Origin: Bdellovibrionales bacterium
GTDB taxonomy: Bacteria > Bdellovibrionota > Bdellovibrionia > Bdellovibrionales > Bdellovibrionaceae
Length of the DNA: 64,000 bases
Assembly: GCA_031370005.1 (NCBI GenBank)
Contig: JANMPT010000110.1
Coordinates: 32,001-96,000 of the forward strand
Direction: 5' to 3'
The position numbers and the translations under genes were made by a program. This document shows, piece after piece, positions 31,622 to 42,055 of this stretch; position 1 is the first letter of the stretch; every line of letters begins with the position of its first letter. A model generated the notes under the pieces. It saw only the letters and a program-made list of their open reading frames with translations, ran no database searches and was not told the origin of the DNA.

Positions 31622-33767
31622 CTGAAGGGCCCAATAGTATAATTCTATTTTTATTTGGCGATATATCTATTTGCCAGGGCCCATGATCGCCGTAGCTAAG
31701 TTTCAGCGGTGGTCGACCATCAATCGGAACAAAAACAGCTTCGTCAATTGAATGCAAAGTGCCTAGGGTCAGCGCAAATCCGATGTTTGCAGTTTTTAGA
31801 TTTGAAACTGATCCATAAACACTGGGGAACTCATTGATTAGAGGGCAATCTGTTGCGCCTTTGATTGAATAAAAACGGTAAATTTTAAGAAAATCATCAT
31901 ATGTAAAAAGATAAAGTTTTTGATTTGGCAAAACACTAACAAATAATTTACGTCCGACAGTTGCTTCACAGAATTTTGTTGATGATCCTGTTTTTAAATC
32001 CACCCGGCTCAAGGTCGAATTCTGTATGTCACCTTCAAAACCATAAAGCCATTGATCATTTATTAAAGCTGGGCTATTAGCCGCTGGAAGGGGCCCCAGT
32101 ATAGATCCCTGAACGCTGATTCGATTAAAGTCAGAAGAGCCAAGGTTGGGATCAATGGGTGTTTGGAAGGACTGGCCAGTTTCCATATTATATAAAAGGG
32201 TACTTTTTGTACTGCTATGCCACCCAGCTACGCCGGAAGCAGAATCAATGACTGGCAGGTAGTCACCAAACATAAACCATTTTTTATTTTGAGACGACCA
32301 GGCAATATATTTATTCATAGCAATACGCTGGATGCTACCGTCTTTTAGTGAAATCAAAATTAGGTTTTTATCAATGCGTCCATTACACAGCATTCCTGTT
32401 AACAGGCTTTGCTCGCTCTTGACTGGAGTAAAAAGAAAAAGATCAAGCGAACAGCCTTCTGGTAGATGAACGTTTAGATTACCGGTTGCTTGTGTCGCTA
32501 TGTCATAAATTTGCAGGTTGTTAGCTTGGATGGATTTTTGAAAAACTATAATCACCTTGTTCGATTGTGTTAAGGTTATAAAAGCAACACCTTCATTAAC
32601 ATCAACAAAATTGTTCATAGCGTTTGTTTGCAAATTTAGGTCATGTAAAACAGTTGTGAACGGGTAAAAAGGAATAGATTCAGAATAGATCAGGTGTTGA
32701 TTTTCCGTTACCTCTGGCGGGATCATTAGGTATGTCGGAATGGTTGGTCCACTTTGCAGGTTTGTTAAGCGGGTAACATGTTCGTTTCTGAAATCATAAA
32801 CGTACCATGAGTCAATAATTTCTGAAAACGAACGAGCTTGGAATACGAAAATATTTTTATCAGTCATCCGATATTGAACACTGGATGAATAGTTGTCACC
32901 TAATATTTTTTTTGTGAAATCAATGATAGAATTATCAAAGCCGATTTTGTATATATGACTGACGAATTTAGAGATTTGAAAAGAAAATATTACTTCTCCA
33001 AGCCCCACGAAGTTAAAACGCCATGTTGATAAATCAGTAAGCTGGCGCAAAGGCCAATTTGAAGTATCAAGAGATCCCCCAATGACACAAGTAAGATTTT
33101 GATTTTTAATTTGCTTTAAAGTTGTTGAGTAAATATGCCCTGCATATTTTTTTTGTGGCTGAGAGGGCTTTGAAAAGTTAACTTTGAAGCTGATTCGATC
33201 AGAGACATAGCTTACTTCCTGCGAAGATAAAATCCGGCTGATTGGAAAATCCGGCTCAAGGGCGTCAGGAAAGTAAATTCGTGTCAATGTTTGATTCGTT
33301 TCTCGATCAAAGTGCGTAACAATCTCGAAAGTCGGATTTGCAAAATCATCTCGGCATAAAACTTCAGCTAAATTGTTGGGTATCCCTTGTGGTTTTTCGT
33401 CATAGCGTTTGAATAGTTGATCACGAACAGAAATAAACTCATTTTGGAAAGGTGAAAAATCAATATCGAAAATTGCTATAGGAGCGCCGGAGGTTGAACA
33501 TTGATTACCTTTGTTGTCGTATAGATAGGCTTGTCCATCTTTTATTTCAGTGATTCCTTCGGGCGAAGAATGGCCTGAACAAGTATAATTTGGAATGAAG
33601 TGGTAGTAGGCGCCATCAGGTTTCCCTTCATATCCTCCGCCATTTCCCGAGCTTTTCATTGCAGTTTGGAATGGGAATTTTAATGACGATTGCAAACTAC
33701 AATTCACATACCCGAAAAGAATAAATGTCAGAAGAAAAATCTGCTGAAATTGCTTCTGTATTTTCAT
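31584..33767 (-). CDS. Large exported beta-rich hypothetical protein
   Basis: Leader ending YVNCS; SSGNGGGYEGKP motif. Confidence 0.7.
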   Translation of the reverse strand: MKIQKQFQQIFLLTFILFGYVNCSLQSSLKFPFQTAMKSSGNGGGYEGKPDGAYYHFIPNYTCSGHSSPEGITEIKDGQAYLYDNKGNQCSTSGAPIAIFDIDFSPFQNEFISVRDQLFKRYDEKPQGIPNNLAEVLCRDDFANPTFEIVTHFDRETNQTLTRIYFPDALEPDFPISRILSSQEVSYVSDRISFKVNFSKPSQPQKKYAGHIYSTTLKQIKNQNLTCVIGGSLDTSNWPLRQLTDLSTWRFNFVGLGEVIFSFQISKFVSHIYKIGFDNSIIDFTKKILGDNYSSSVQYRMTDKNIFVFQARSFSEIIDSWYVYDFRNEHVTRLTNLQSGPTIPTYLMIPPEVTENQHLIYSESIPFYPFTTVLHDLNLQTNAMNNFVDVNEGVAFITLTQSNKVIIVFQKSIQANNLQIYDIATQATGNLNVHLPEGCSLDLFLFTPVKSEQSLLTGMLCNGRIDKNLILISLKDGSIQRIAMNKYIAWSSQNKKWFMFGDYLPVIDSASGVAGWHSSTKSTLLYNMETGQSFQTPIDPNLGSSDFNRISVQGSILGPLPAANSPALINDQWLYGFEGDIQNSTLSRVDLKTGSSTKFCEATVGRKLFVSVLPNQKLYLFTYDDFLKIYRFYSIKGATDCPLINEFPSVYGSVSNLKTANIGFALTLGTLHSIDEAVFVPIDGRPPLKLSYGDHGPWQIDISPNKNRIILLGPSANEKLKLFSFDL

Positions 33768-33801
33768 GAAATGACCCCGTCTTTTGATCATACCAGGAAA
33801 G

Positions 33802-33830
33802 TTATCGGTCGAAGCGGGTTTTTACTTTGA
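33802..33830 (-). promoter_or_regulatory. Putative sigma28 (FliA) promoter
   Basis: Minus strand tCAAA-N16-ACCGATAA. Confidence 0.45.
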
Positions 33831-34004
33831 TTTACATTTTGTTCCCATCCCATATTGAGAATCAAGTTGTGTCTCAATATGGGTTATTTTATCTATGACG
33901 TTGAAATGATTGTTTTATTTTAAGCTTGCCGGAAAACTATGTAATTTCTCTTTTATGTTGTGTTCTCTTATTCTGAGTGAAGAAAAACTATAGAGGAGAA
34001 ATTA

Positions 34005-34718
34005 ATGGAAATCTCAAAAGATCAGTCGAAAGACCAAAAGACGTCCAGTCCTTCACTGCAGCCGAAAGCAAAAGGTGCTGATGCTTATCGTGATCCTTCT
34101 TGGTGGTACGATATCAGAGGTTTTTTTATCCTGATAGGCACCTATCAGGTGATGATATGGACGCACCTCATATTTTTTTCAAAAAATTTAGGGAAGCGAC
34201 ATCTCGAGGCAGCGATTGGCTCCGGGACATTTTTATCATTAACTTTAATAACTCAAAGACTTAAGGGCGGGGAAATGCCTGAAGAAATTATCGGAATAGA
34301 TTTTGCTGAGCGCATGCTTGCAGGTGCAAAAAAACTTTTTCGTTTCAAAAAAAAGATAAAACTTATTCAAGCCGACCTGTCGCAAATACAGTACCCTGAT
34401 TCTTATTTTGACTCAGTAAACATAGCACATTCATTTCATGCATTTCCCAACCCAGATAAAATTCTTATCGAACTGCATCGGGTTATGAAACCTGAAGCAA
34501 AACTTTATGTTGATGTTCTAGTCCACCCGCGAGGAGGTGCTCTGAGAAGAAACATTGCAAATCGATTTAATAAATTTTGCTATCGGAAAGGTATCCTGGC
34601 CCGAGTCTGCGATGCGGACGAAACAAAGGCACAATTCGAGGCAAGCCACTTTGATATCGTAGAAAGTTATATAAATGGCAATACTCTTCACTTGATTGCG
34701 CGTAAGTCAAACGCTTAG
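34005..34718 (+). CDS. Class I SAM-dependent methyltransferase
   Basis: LEAAIGSG, GIDFAERML, QADL...FDSV, ELHRVMKP. Confidence 0.85.
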   Translation: MEISKDQSKDQKTSSPSLQPKAKGADAYRDPSWWYDIRGFFILIGTYQVMIWTHLIFFSKNLGKRHLEAAIGSGTFLSLTLITQRLKGGEMPEEIIGIDFAERMLAGAKKLFRFKKKIKLIQADLSQIQYPDSYFDSVNIAHSFHAFPNPDKILIELHRVMKPEAKLYVDVLVHPRGGALRRNIANRFNKFCYRKGILARVCDADETKAQFEASHFDIVESYINGNTLHLIARKSNA

Positions 34719-34755
34719 GCAAGAACCCCCGCTGCGGGTTCCCCTTAGTGGCGGG

Positions 34756-35214
34756 CTAGTTCAATTTATACTTCCGGATAAAGTTTTCGACGTAGTCTTG
34801 ATCAAGGTTTAGTTGGTAGAGATTGACTTGGATGATCTTTTTTTCAGGATTCGTGAGCGGAAGATTCTCGCGATGTGAAGTCCAGCCCCACCCCCAGTGG
34901 AGGCGATTCTGAATCGGAGATTTGTGGCCTTCGCGGACGCCTGTATAAATTAAATTGGCCCAAAAGCTTCCCGCCACGTCCTGCACACATTGTTTTAGGT
35001 AAGTGTCGGCGATATCACGGTCATCCAAAGCCCCACCAAACCAATATCTTAAATCATGTTCAAAACAACAATGTTTCCAAAGATCCGGTTCTTGTATCGT
35101 ACCGTTAGCAAAAAAAGTGCAGTAGTCCGTTTCGAAATTCTGCAAAGACTCATCCTGAGCCCAAATAGGACCACAGATAAGAATAAGGAGTAGTGATAAC
35201 AAAATAATTCTCAT
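34756..35214 (-). CDS. Secreted phospholipase A2-like protein
   Basis: DYCT...WKHCCFEHDLRY...AD..LKQCV (CCxxHD motif); signal peptide. Confidence 0.6.
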   Translation of the reverse strand: MRIILLSLLLILICGPIWAQDESLQNFETDYCTFFANGTIQEPDLWKHCCFEHDLRYWFGGALDDRDIADTYLKQCVQDVAGSFWANLIYTGVREGHKSPIQNRLHWGWGWTSHRENLPLTNPEKKIIQVNLYQLNLDQDYVENFIRKYKLN

Positions 35215-35411
35215 GGGTAATTCTATGATGAATTCATTATAGAATCAAATCAGCAACCCAGTGCTCCAAAGTACAGGGGAGCCAGACTTTAGATCGTAAT
35301 TTTTTGGATCTACACTCAAACCGCTCCGGCACCTGGACTTTGACAAAGATGGAGTTAATTTTCCCTGACTAAGTTCCGATGAGTACTGAGGAATTACATA
35401 AGGGGGAAAAT

Positions 35412-36269
35412 GTGCGATCACTTTTATTTTCACTTTTTGTCTTCATGACTTTGCCAGCGATAGCCTCAGAGAAAATGCTTCTGGTCGGGGATAGCTGGGC
35501 AGTTTTGATGTGTTTAGATGCTTCATTTAACCACGCATTTCAAAAACAGCATGTTGATGCTCGGGTTGATGCATCCTGTTTGCTAACTGCTGAGATTGGA
35601 ATGCGAGCCGAAAGATGGATGGGGTCTTCATTACAAAAAAGAACAGATAAGATCATGAAAAAGTATAGAGACGTTGGAGTGGTTTATTTAAGTCTTGGCG
35701 GAAATGATTTTATCAATCATTGGAATAAAAACCTCACGTCTGCAGAGGAAGATGTCGAGTTCCAGAAGATAAAACAATCTGTTAAATCGGTGATCGACCA
35801 TATTCATTCGATTTTGCCTCAGGCTAAAATACTTCTATCGGGTTATGACTTTGGAAGATTTGTTGATCACCATCCCATCAAGGCCTATCAAAAAGCCTTT
35901 GAAGGAATGGGAAAACCAGCTCCTCAAGAAATTCATACAGCGATTCTTAGACTTTCCAAAGTTTTAAACGAACTCCGTGACGATCAATCTATTTTCTATA
36001 TCCAACACTACGGTCTAGGACATTTTTATGTCGGCAATAAAGAGGGCGGGCTTCAGCCTGGGGTCACGCTAAATCCTGATGAAATTTCAAATCCAAGGAA
36101 TCCAAATCAATCGGGTGGCGATCCGAACTTGCTGCAGCCACCGTCAGTGATGCTTCATATTGGAAGATTTTTGGTGGACGCTTTTCATCTTTCTGCCAAA
36201 AGTTTTGATAGAGTGGCAGAGCACAGTGTGAGTTTGTATCTAAAATACTGGTTTCAGCCAAAGCAATAA
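35412..36269 (+). CDS. Secreted SGNH/GDSL hydrolase
   Basis: VGDSW, LGGND, DAFH; GTG start after agggggA. Confidence 0.85.
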   Translation: MRSLLFSLFVFMTLPAIASEKMLLVGDSWAVLMCLDASFNHAFQKQHVDARVDASCLLTAEIGMRAERWMGSSLQKRTDKIMKKYRDVGVVYLSLGGNDFINHWNKNLTSAEEDVEFQKIKQSVKSVIDHIHSILPQAKILLSGYDFGRFVDHHPIKAYQKAFEGMGKPAPQEIHTAILRLSKVLNELRDDQSIFYIQHYGLGHFYVGNKEGGLQPGVTLNPDEISNPRNPNQSGGDPNLLQPPSVMLHIGRFLVDAFHLSAKSFDRVAEHSVSLYLKYWFQPKQ

Positions 36270-36271
36270 AA

Positions 36272-37345
36272 TTACTTTATGCCAGAGGCTCTCAGCTCAG
36301 TACCACTTGTTAGTGCTGCGACCAGTGAAGATGCATCCGCAAAAAGCGTGATTGCATTGGAGGTTGCATTGAATAAATATATTTTGCGATCATCAGCAAT
36401 GAAAACGATATCGTCACGTCCGGTGAGCTGATGGGCCCCCTGAATCACATGAATTGAAGCCTGCTGCGTATCAATTGGGCTTCCAACAGGGGAGCAGTCT
36501 GTTAATGTTCCAGCTGTACTGCACTTTAAAACGCGATTGTCCGAGGTGCTTCCACCAACATAAGGAAAGGCATAGATATTTCCATTTGTGTGCACAGCAA
36601 CAGAATAAAACATGGAGCTAAGCTTTGTCGGTAAAGAAGTATTAGTGACAAAGCGACCGGTTTCGCTCCAGGAGGTGCCGTTGAACTCAGACATTACAAC
36701 GTCGCCATTTGTATCGGTACCGCCATCGTAATCAACCCAGACCACTTTAGTATTTGAGATCGCCTTGCAGTCACTAAAACTCCATACTTGTGTTGAATTA
36801 AAGGCGCGAAGGAAAGTTCCTGTAGAAGAAAACTCAGCAGCTTTTTTTCCGGACCATTGATCGGCTCCTATAATTATATTTCCATTTGGTAAATGGCAAA
36901 CACCGTACACCCCTGTCATGCCATGACCGGAGCCTAAAGCAAAAGACCCACTGCCACTTGCCGCAAGAGTGTCCGTCAAGATACCAACTCCTAAATAATT
37001 AAAATGTGTTACATAGATATCTCCAGTAGGTCCAATACTCAGGCCGCGATTATTGGCATTTACAAAAGAGCTGCCAAGTACCGTGTTGATGCTAGCTGAA
37101 ATTGATTGAGAGACAGTGTTAGAGTTGAAATCGAGAGTGAGCTTATAGATACCTACAGATTCGTGGGTAACAAAAAAGCTGTAACTCGTTTGTGTGGTGC
37201 TTGGCGTGGGAGTCGGGGTCGGCGTCGGAGTGGCCGTGACAGCGCTGGCCGGACTCGACGACTTACTGCTGCTGCATCCACTGATGAAAGCGAATGAGAT
37301 TGTTAGAAGTAAGAGGGTGGATTTAAAATGATTAATTTTTCTCAT
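36272..37345 (-). CDS. Lipoprotein with Thr-Pro linker and probable beta-propeller
   Basis: Lipobox ISGC; (TP)n linker; beta-rich body. Confidence 0.75.
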   Translation of the reverse strand: MRKINHFKSTLLLLTISFAFISGCSSSKSSSPASAVTATPTPTPTPTPSTTQTSYSFFVTHESVGIYKLTLDFNSNTVSQSISASINTVLGSSFVNANNRGLSIGPTGDIYVTHFNYLGVGILTDTLAASGSGSFALGSGHGMTGVYGVCHLPNGNIIIGADQWSGKKAAEFSSTGTFLRAFNSTQVWSFSDCKAISNTKVVWVDYDGGTDTNGDVVMSEFNGTSWSETGRFVTNTSLPTKLSSMFYSVAVHTNGNIYAFPYVGGSTSDNRVLKCSTAGTLTDCSPVGSPIDTQQASIHVIQGAHQLTGRDDIVFIADDRKIYLFNATSNAITLFADASSLVAALTSGTELRASGIK

Positions 37346-37352
37346 ACATTAC

Positions 37353-37380
37353 TCATCGGTCCGAAATCAAAAAATCTTGA
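37353..37380 (-). promoter_or_regulatory. Putative sigma28 (FliA) promoter
   Basis: Minus strand TCAA-N16-ACCGATGA. Confidence 0.45.
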
Positions 37381-37489
37381 CATTTTTTTGACGTTGGTCC
37401 TGGATGCTTCATATCTATCTGATAATAGGAGGGAAAATTGGATATTAATATCCAGAAAAAATATTTAAAGCGCATTCGCTCGCTTTAAA

Positions 37490-37913
37490 AACAATGAGTC
37501 CAATAGGGGGCTTGGTCTATTCACATACAATGACTTCAATATTCGCAAAGAATCTGTACGTGCCGATGGCGGGAGACTCAGTATCAAAGCGGATATCACA
37601 AATACTAGATATGAACTAAAAATTTTGGGATTATGGACACAGGGACCTGCATATGTGGAAGAGGCCCATCGGAGTATTGATTTTCATTTGGATGAACTGC
37701 GAGATGGAAATGTCATTCTGGCTGGACCTTAATAGCAACAAAATCTGGGATGATAAGCGCACGCTAAACCACACGAGCCTCGTCGCAAAGCTAAAAAACA
37801 AACTTGACCTAACCAGCGCATATCATAATTATTTTAACGAACCCCAAGGAAGTGAGAGTAAAGATTGGATCTCGATCTTTAACATCCCGAATCAGCTGGC
37901 TCGCAGTCTATAA
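37490..37913 (+). pseudogene. Degraded endonuclease/exonuclease/phosphatase family gene
   Basis: GLGLFTY...; GNVILAG then a frameshift near 37727 into LNSNKIWD...SAYHNYFNE. Confidence 0.55.
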
Positions 37914-37959
37914 AATTGGCTTTAGCCATTGATTTTATTGAACTACAATTCGGAAGAAT

Positions 37960-37979
37960 TGGTTGCGGAGACCGATTTT
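37960..37979. repeat. att-like degenerate copy of the tRNA-fMet 3' end
   Basis: tggttgcggagaccgatttt vs tRNA tggttgcgggggcaggattt. Confidence 0.55.
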
Positions 37980-38118
37980 GTATAAACTATTGAAACTATT
38001 AACATAAATTTACATTAATAGCATAGCGGAGCACAACTTAAGTCTTTATTAGTATGCTACAATATACTAATATACCATTTTATACTATAGTTTGCTATAC
38101 TAAATACTGTTATTTTGA

Positions 38119-38132
38119 TATACTATAGTATA
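38119..38132. promoter_or_regulatory. 14-bp palindromic operator
   Basis: TATACTATAGTATA just before the RBS of the HTH gene. Confidence 0.5.
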
Positions 38133-38142
38133 AGGAATTAAT

Positions 38143-38616
38143 ATGAATAAAAGCAGAAAACTATCTAAACCAAAAAGAAGAATACTAGATCAAAAGCTTT
38201 CGCAGTATTCAAAAATCAATTTCGCAGTTCCTAAAAATGGTTGGATCAAAGCTGTCCGAGAAGCCTTGGGAATGACAACCCTACAGCTGGGTGAACGAAT
38301 GAAGATCGCCGCTTCTAACATCACTCTACTTGAAAATAGAGAAATCAACAAAACTACAATGCTTGAAACAATGGATCGCGCGGCTAAAGCAATGGGTTGT
38401 AAGTTTGTCTACGCATTAGTTCCAGATACTTCTCTAGAAGAAGTCGTGAAAACTCAAGCTAAAAAATCTGCGAAGGCATTTATTCAAGAAATTCATCATC
38501 ATATGAAGCTTGAAAAGCAAAAAGTAAATTCAGAAATTGAAAAAGAACAAATCGACGAGCTGGCAGAAGAAATACTAAATAAAATGGATTCACGACTATG
38601 GCGAAAAGAAAATTAG
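38143..38616 (+). CDS. Mobile mystery protein A (XRE HTH)
   Basis: PKNGWIKAVREALGMTTLQLGERM...AMGCKFVYALVP...HHMKLE. Confidence 0.9.
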   Translation: MNKSRKLSKPKRRILDQKLSQYSKINFAVPKNGWIKAVREALGMTTLQLGERMKIAASNITLLENREINKTTMLETMDRAAKAMGCKFVYALVPDTSLEEVVKTQAKKSAKAFIQEIHHHMKLEKQKVNSEIEKEQIDELAEEILNKMDSRLWRKEN

Positions 38617-39215
38617 AACCTCATTTAGAAATGCCAGAAGGATCCACACCTCTTGACCCTGATGAAATTCAAGGGCTGCTCATGGATACAATTACTACTC
38701 AAGCAGAGCTTAATTTCGCTGAACAGCAAAGTATTATTGAATCTTCCAAATGGATTTTTCAAACAAATCATAAAAATATTTTAACCGATCAGTTTTTTAA
38801 GAATCTGCATAAGAAAATGTTTCAATCCGTATGGAATTGGGCTGGTAAGTATCGAACGACGAACAAGAATATTGGCGTGGAGCCTTATAAAATACCGATT
38901 GAAATCAAAAAATTATGCAATGATTGTGATTATTGGATTAAAAATAACACTTATGATTGGAATGAAATCGCAGCACGATTCCATCATAAAGTGGTCTGGA
39001 TTCATCCGTTCGCAAATGGCAATGGCCGTTTTTCGCGGATACTAACGGACATTTTGTTAAAAAAATATCAACAGCCACCCTTAACTTGGGGCCGAAATAC
39101 ATACCCAAAAGATGATTTTACTGACGAATCAAATCTTCGCACCGAATATATTTTAAGTCTTCGTGAGGCAGATAATAAAAAAATTCAGAGACTCATTCAT
39201 TTCGTTAGGAGTTAA
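38598..39215 (+). CDS. Mobile mystery protein B (Fic domain)
   Basis: PEGSTPLDPDE; WAGKYR; HPFANGNGRFSR. Confidence 0.9.
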   Translation: MAKRKLEPHLEMPEGSTPLDPDEIQGLLMDTITTQAELNFAEQQSIIESSKWIFQTNHKNILTDQFFKNLHKKMFQSVWNWAGKYRTTNKNIGVEPYKIPIEIKKLCNDCDYWIKNNTYDWNEIAARFHHKVVWIHPFANGNGRFSRILTDILLKKYQQPPLTWGRNTYPKDDFTDESNLRTEYILSLREADNKKIQRLIHFVRS

Positions 39216-39684
39216 AATTACATACGAAGACGAGTTAGATTACTTCGTGCGCAGTGAGATCGATCAGTACCCAAGATGAACGGAACAGGAAGAACCGTAG
39301 AACCTGAGTGAAGAGAACCTTGTAAGCGTTACCCTTCTAGCTGGATGAAAAATAAAACTTGGAACGAGTTTTTGGGGTGAGTTTTTGCAGGTCACCTTCC
39401 ACAAAGGACACCGTGATCTTTGGCCCGCGCGTGAACGAAGGGCATTATGGGCACAAAAATATTTTCAGCATCCCCAAATGCTGCAATCTTAGACTTAGGT
39501 TGCGGAGATGGAATATTAGATATTTGGCTTTCGTTCCCCAAACTTTTCCTCATGCAAGAGTTGACGGGATACTTGAAGCGCTAAAATATCGATGGAATTC
39601 GACAGTGTAATTTGCCGATCATTTCTTTGCTGTCTGAACTTTGATTTGTATCGAAACGCGTAGAGCTGCAGTCATCTCATGGCT

Positions 39685-40701
39685 TCATTTTTTTTCTTTA
39701 GACGCTGCTGGCTCCGAAAGTCTCTTGCCGAATGAAACGGCATAAGCAGGAGATCTAAATTTCAAAACTGGATCGTCTGAAGCAGTTACTCCATCGGTTA
39801 GGCGCATAGGATCGAAATTAAGTTTCTCACAGGCGCCACCAATTTGAGATTCAACCTTTGTTAATCTTAGAATGCCAAAAATCACTTCCTTACGGGTTGG
39901 TGGCCACTGAAGTGTTGGATCAGTAAGGCTATCGCCCTTCTCAGCGATTGTCACAACCATGGTCCATTCAAGAGGTCCCTTAGAAGCTCGAGATTTAAGT
40001 TCTGCTTCTAAGAAGTCTGGCTTTGCTTTGGATAAATCAGCATCACTAAGAAGAACGATACCGCCTTTTGGCTTAAAACTCCATCTTACAAATTGTTCCC
40101 TATTGGCAGAATCTGTAAACTTAAAAGAATGTAAACTCTGATAAGAGGCACTTGCATAACTTGCGGGCGGATTATTGTTCTTCAGGTATTCAGCAAACGG
40201 TTTAGACTCAGGATGGTGATCGACAAACGCCTTTACCTTTTCTGGATTTGGTTTTCCTGTAGCAGGGTCAGGCGTCGTGGCCTGCAGATTTTCAAGAAAG
40301 CCTTCAGGAGTAGAAACTGAAAAAACCGGCGTATGAAGCATGGTTATATTGTGAACTCTGCCATCGGCGAGTTGGAACTGTAACGCCATCCCACGCGGAT
40401 TTCTTGTTGCATCCGAAATTGTTGGAACTCCTCCTGCCACCGAAAATCGGGCGATGACAGGTATCGATTTTCCGGTAAAAATCGGCGAACGACTCAATTT
40501 CTTGGCTTCAGGCGAGGCCTTGAATTCGCCAAGCGCACAAACGCCCTTGGCATGATTTCGCCTAAATCCGGGGTGAACGCCAAAGTTAGTTTCCATCGTT
40601 TGCACAACGGTAACTGGATTGGCGGGATCCGCATAACCTTCGTTTGCGAAAAATAAAATACAAGGAAGTAGTGCAACGAAACTCAGTCGAATAATCTTCA
40701 T
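39685..40701 (-). CDS. Secreted catalase-related peroxidase (SrpA-like)
   Basis: HPGFRRNHAKGVC, IARFS, NFDP, RSPAYAVS. Confidence 0.9.
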   Translation of the reverse strand: MKIIRLSFVALLPCILFFANEGYADPANPVTVVQTMETNFGVHPGFRRNHAKGVCALGEFKASPEAKKLSRSPIFTGKSIPVIARFSVAGGVPTISDATRNPRGMALQFQLADGRVHNITMLHTPVFSVSTPEGFLENLQATTPDPATGKPNPEKVKAFVDHHPESKPFAEYLKNNNPPASYASASYQSLHSFKFTDSANREQFVRWSFKPKGGIVLLSDADLSKAKPDFLEAELKSRASKGPLEWTMVVTIAEKGDSLTDPTLQWPPTRKEVIFGILRLTKVESQIGGACEKLNFDPMRLTDGVTASDDPVLKFRSPAYAVSFGKRLSEPAASKEKK

Positions 40702-40836
40702 AGAGATCCTTAATCCAATAAATGCAATTTTCGAAAATTAGGTTATAGGAAACCGGGAGTCAGGACAATGCCTTTTATACATGAAGACCCTACGAAACCT
40801 AATAGGCCGTATAAATGAACCATTAACTGTTTTTTA

Positions 40837-41007
40837 TCATTCTTTTTTTTCATGTGGCCCGTAGTAGCTTTCTGTGTGGATATTAAGTTTTACCTTGGTC
40901 TTTTTAATTTCAGAAATTTCACTGAAGCCACCTTCGTAGCCATCAACTAGGACGCTGAGGTTGTCTGGGTAGGAATTCAATTTTTCCTTTAATTCTTTGA
41001 TCGTCAT
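40837..41007 (-). CDS. Small hypothetical protein
   Basis: RBS gagga; MTIKELKEKLNSYPDNLSVLVDGYEGG. Confidence 0.55.
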   Translation of the reverse strand: MTIKELKEKLNSYPDNLSVLVDGYEGGFSEISEIKKTKVKLNIHTESYYGPHEKKE

Positions 41008-41130
41008 GTTGTCCTCTCGCCTGAAAGTGCGCCTGTCTCTTGAAAAAGCCCACTCAGTTTCTTTATGACAGACTCCAAAAGTGCCAAGGCTGATTCGTAT
41101 GTTTTGTTTTCGAGACACGAACCTCACTGG

Positions 41131-41388
41131 CTACTCAACCTTTTTTAGGATTTTTTTCGGCGCTTCATGTTTTAGCTTCCACCACATATATCCGTGAAAG
41201 AAAAATGCCAAGATCCATTTGACCCAAATGGCCGTCGCACCGTGAGCATAGGCATAAATACCGGTTGTGACCGAGGTAAACATTCCCCAACTATGTAGCC
41301 TCACTCGATTCGGCAGAATGATGGAAAAAAGAAAAGTCGCAGTTGAGACCCATCCAATGGCTTCGATGAGGTACGTAATCCAGTCCAT
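41131..41388 (-). CDS. Small three-TM membrane protein
   Basis: MDWITYLIEAIGWVSTATFLFS...; TGATG overlap with the upstream ORF. Confidence 0.65.
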   Translation of the reverse strand: MDWITYLIEAIGWVSTATFLFSIILPNRVRLHSWGMFTSVTTGIYAYAHGATAIWVKWILAFFFHGYMWWKLKHEAPKKILKKVE

Positions 41389-41603
41389 CACGGGTCCTCG
41401 ACGTATCTGTATTTCCAAAGAAACCGTCCCACAAGGATAAAAAGAACAAGAATTGTGGCGACAAGTCCGAAACCATAACCCTCGCCAGGGTAATTTGCAT
41501 AGTTGAGACCAAAATAGAGCATGAACATTTTGTTGACCAGCATCGGTCCCAGGAAAACTTGAATGAAGTCTTTGAGTACAGATGGTGACGTCGTCTTTTT
41601 CAT
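41388..41603 (-). CDS. Small two-TM membrane protein
   Basis: Two hydrophobic segments around YANYPGEGYG. Confidence 0.65.
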   Translation of the reverse strand: MKKTTSPSVLKDFIQVFLGPMLVNKMFMLYFGLNYANYPGEGYGFGLVATILVLFILVGRFLWKYRYVEDP

Positions 41604-41859
41604 AACCCCTCAAAGACGAAACATCTAAGATCAAGACATCTCAGAAAAAAGGCGTAGGTGTGCCTCCTACTCAGCGCCAGTGAGCATGGAACATTTTGCG
41701 CAGCAAATTTTCGATTTTCCGAATCGTGCGCCAATCGTGGTCCCTCAATCTATGGGAAAACCCACGCACCAACGAACCAGGAGCGCGCTTGTTCAAATTT
41801 TCGTTTTTTGATTTTACCTGTGGATTCGATCAGTTACCCAATTTCTTCAGGTGCGAAAT

Positions 41860-41878
41860 TGGTTGCGGGAACCAGATT
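41860..41878. repeat. att-like degenerate copy of the tRNA-fMet 3' end
   Basis: tggttgcgggaaccagatt; upstream flank resembles 57745-57777. Confidence 0.6.
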
Positions 41879-42055
41879 AACGGAACCAGGAAGCGTTGTC
41901 TAATGAAAAATAGCGTGTGGGGATAATGCTATTGTACGAAGTTGACCCAGATTTATTCTGAGCTGCAGCAATTATTATTGGAACCAGGGCATCCATGCTT
42001 CTAGACAATGAATATATTGGTTTACATACACCTATAATGGTGCTAGTGTACCTAT

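Noticed and set aside
37200..37240. Short GC-rich tandem pattern
   Set aside because: Encodes the Thr-Pro linker of the lipoprotein.
39216..39610. 83-aa ORF and neighbouring short frames
   Set aside because: No recognisable motif or RBS; probably decayed sequence.
41658..41926. Two short ORFs across the att-like copy
   Set aside because: No recognisable domain; cannot be supported as integrase fragments.
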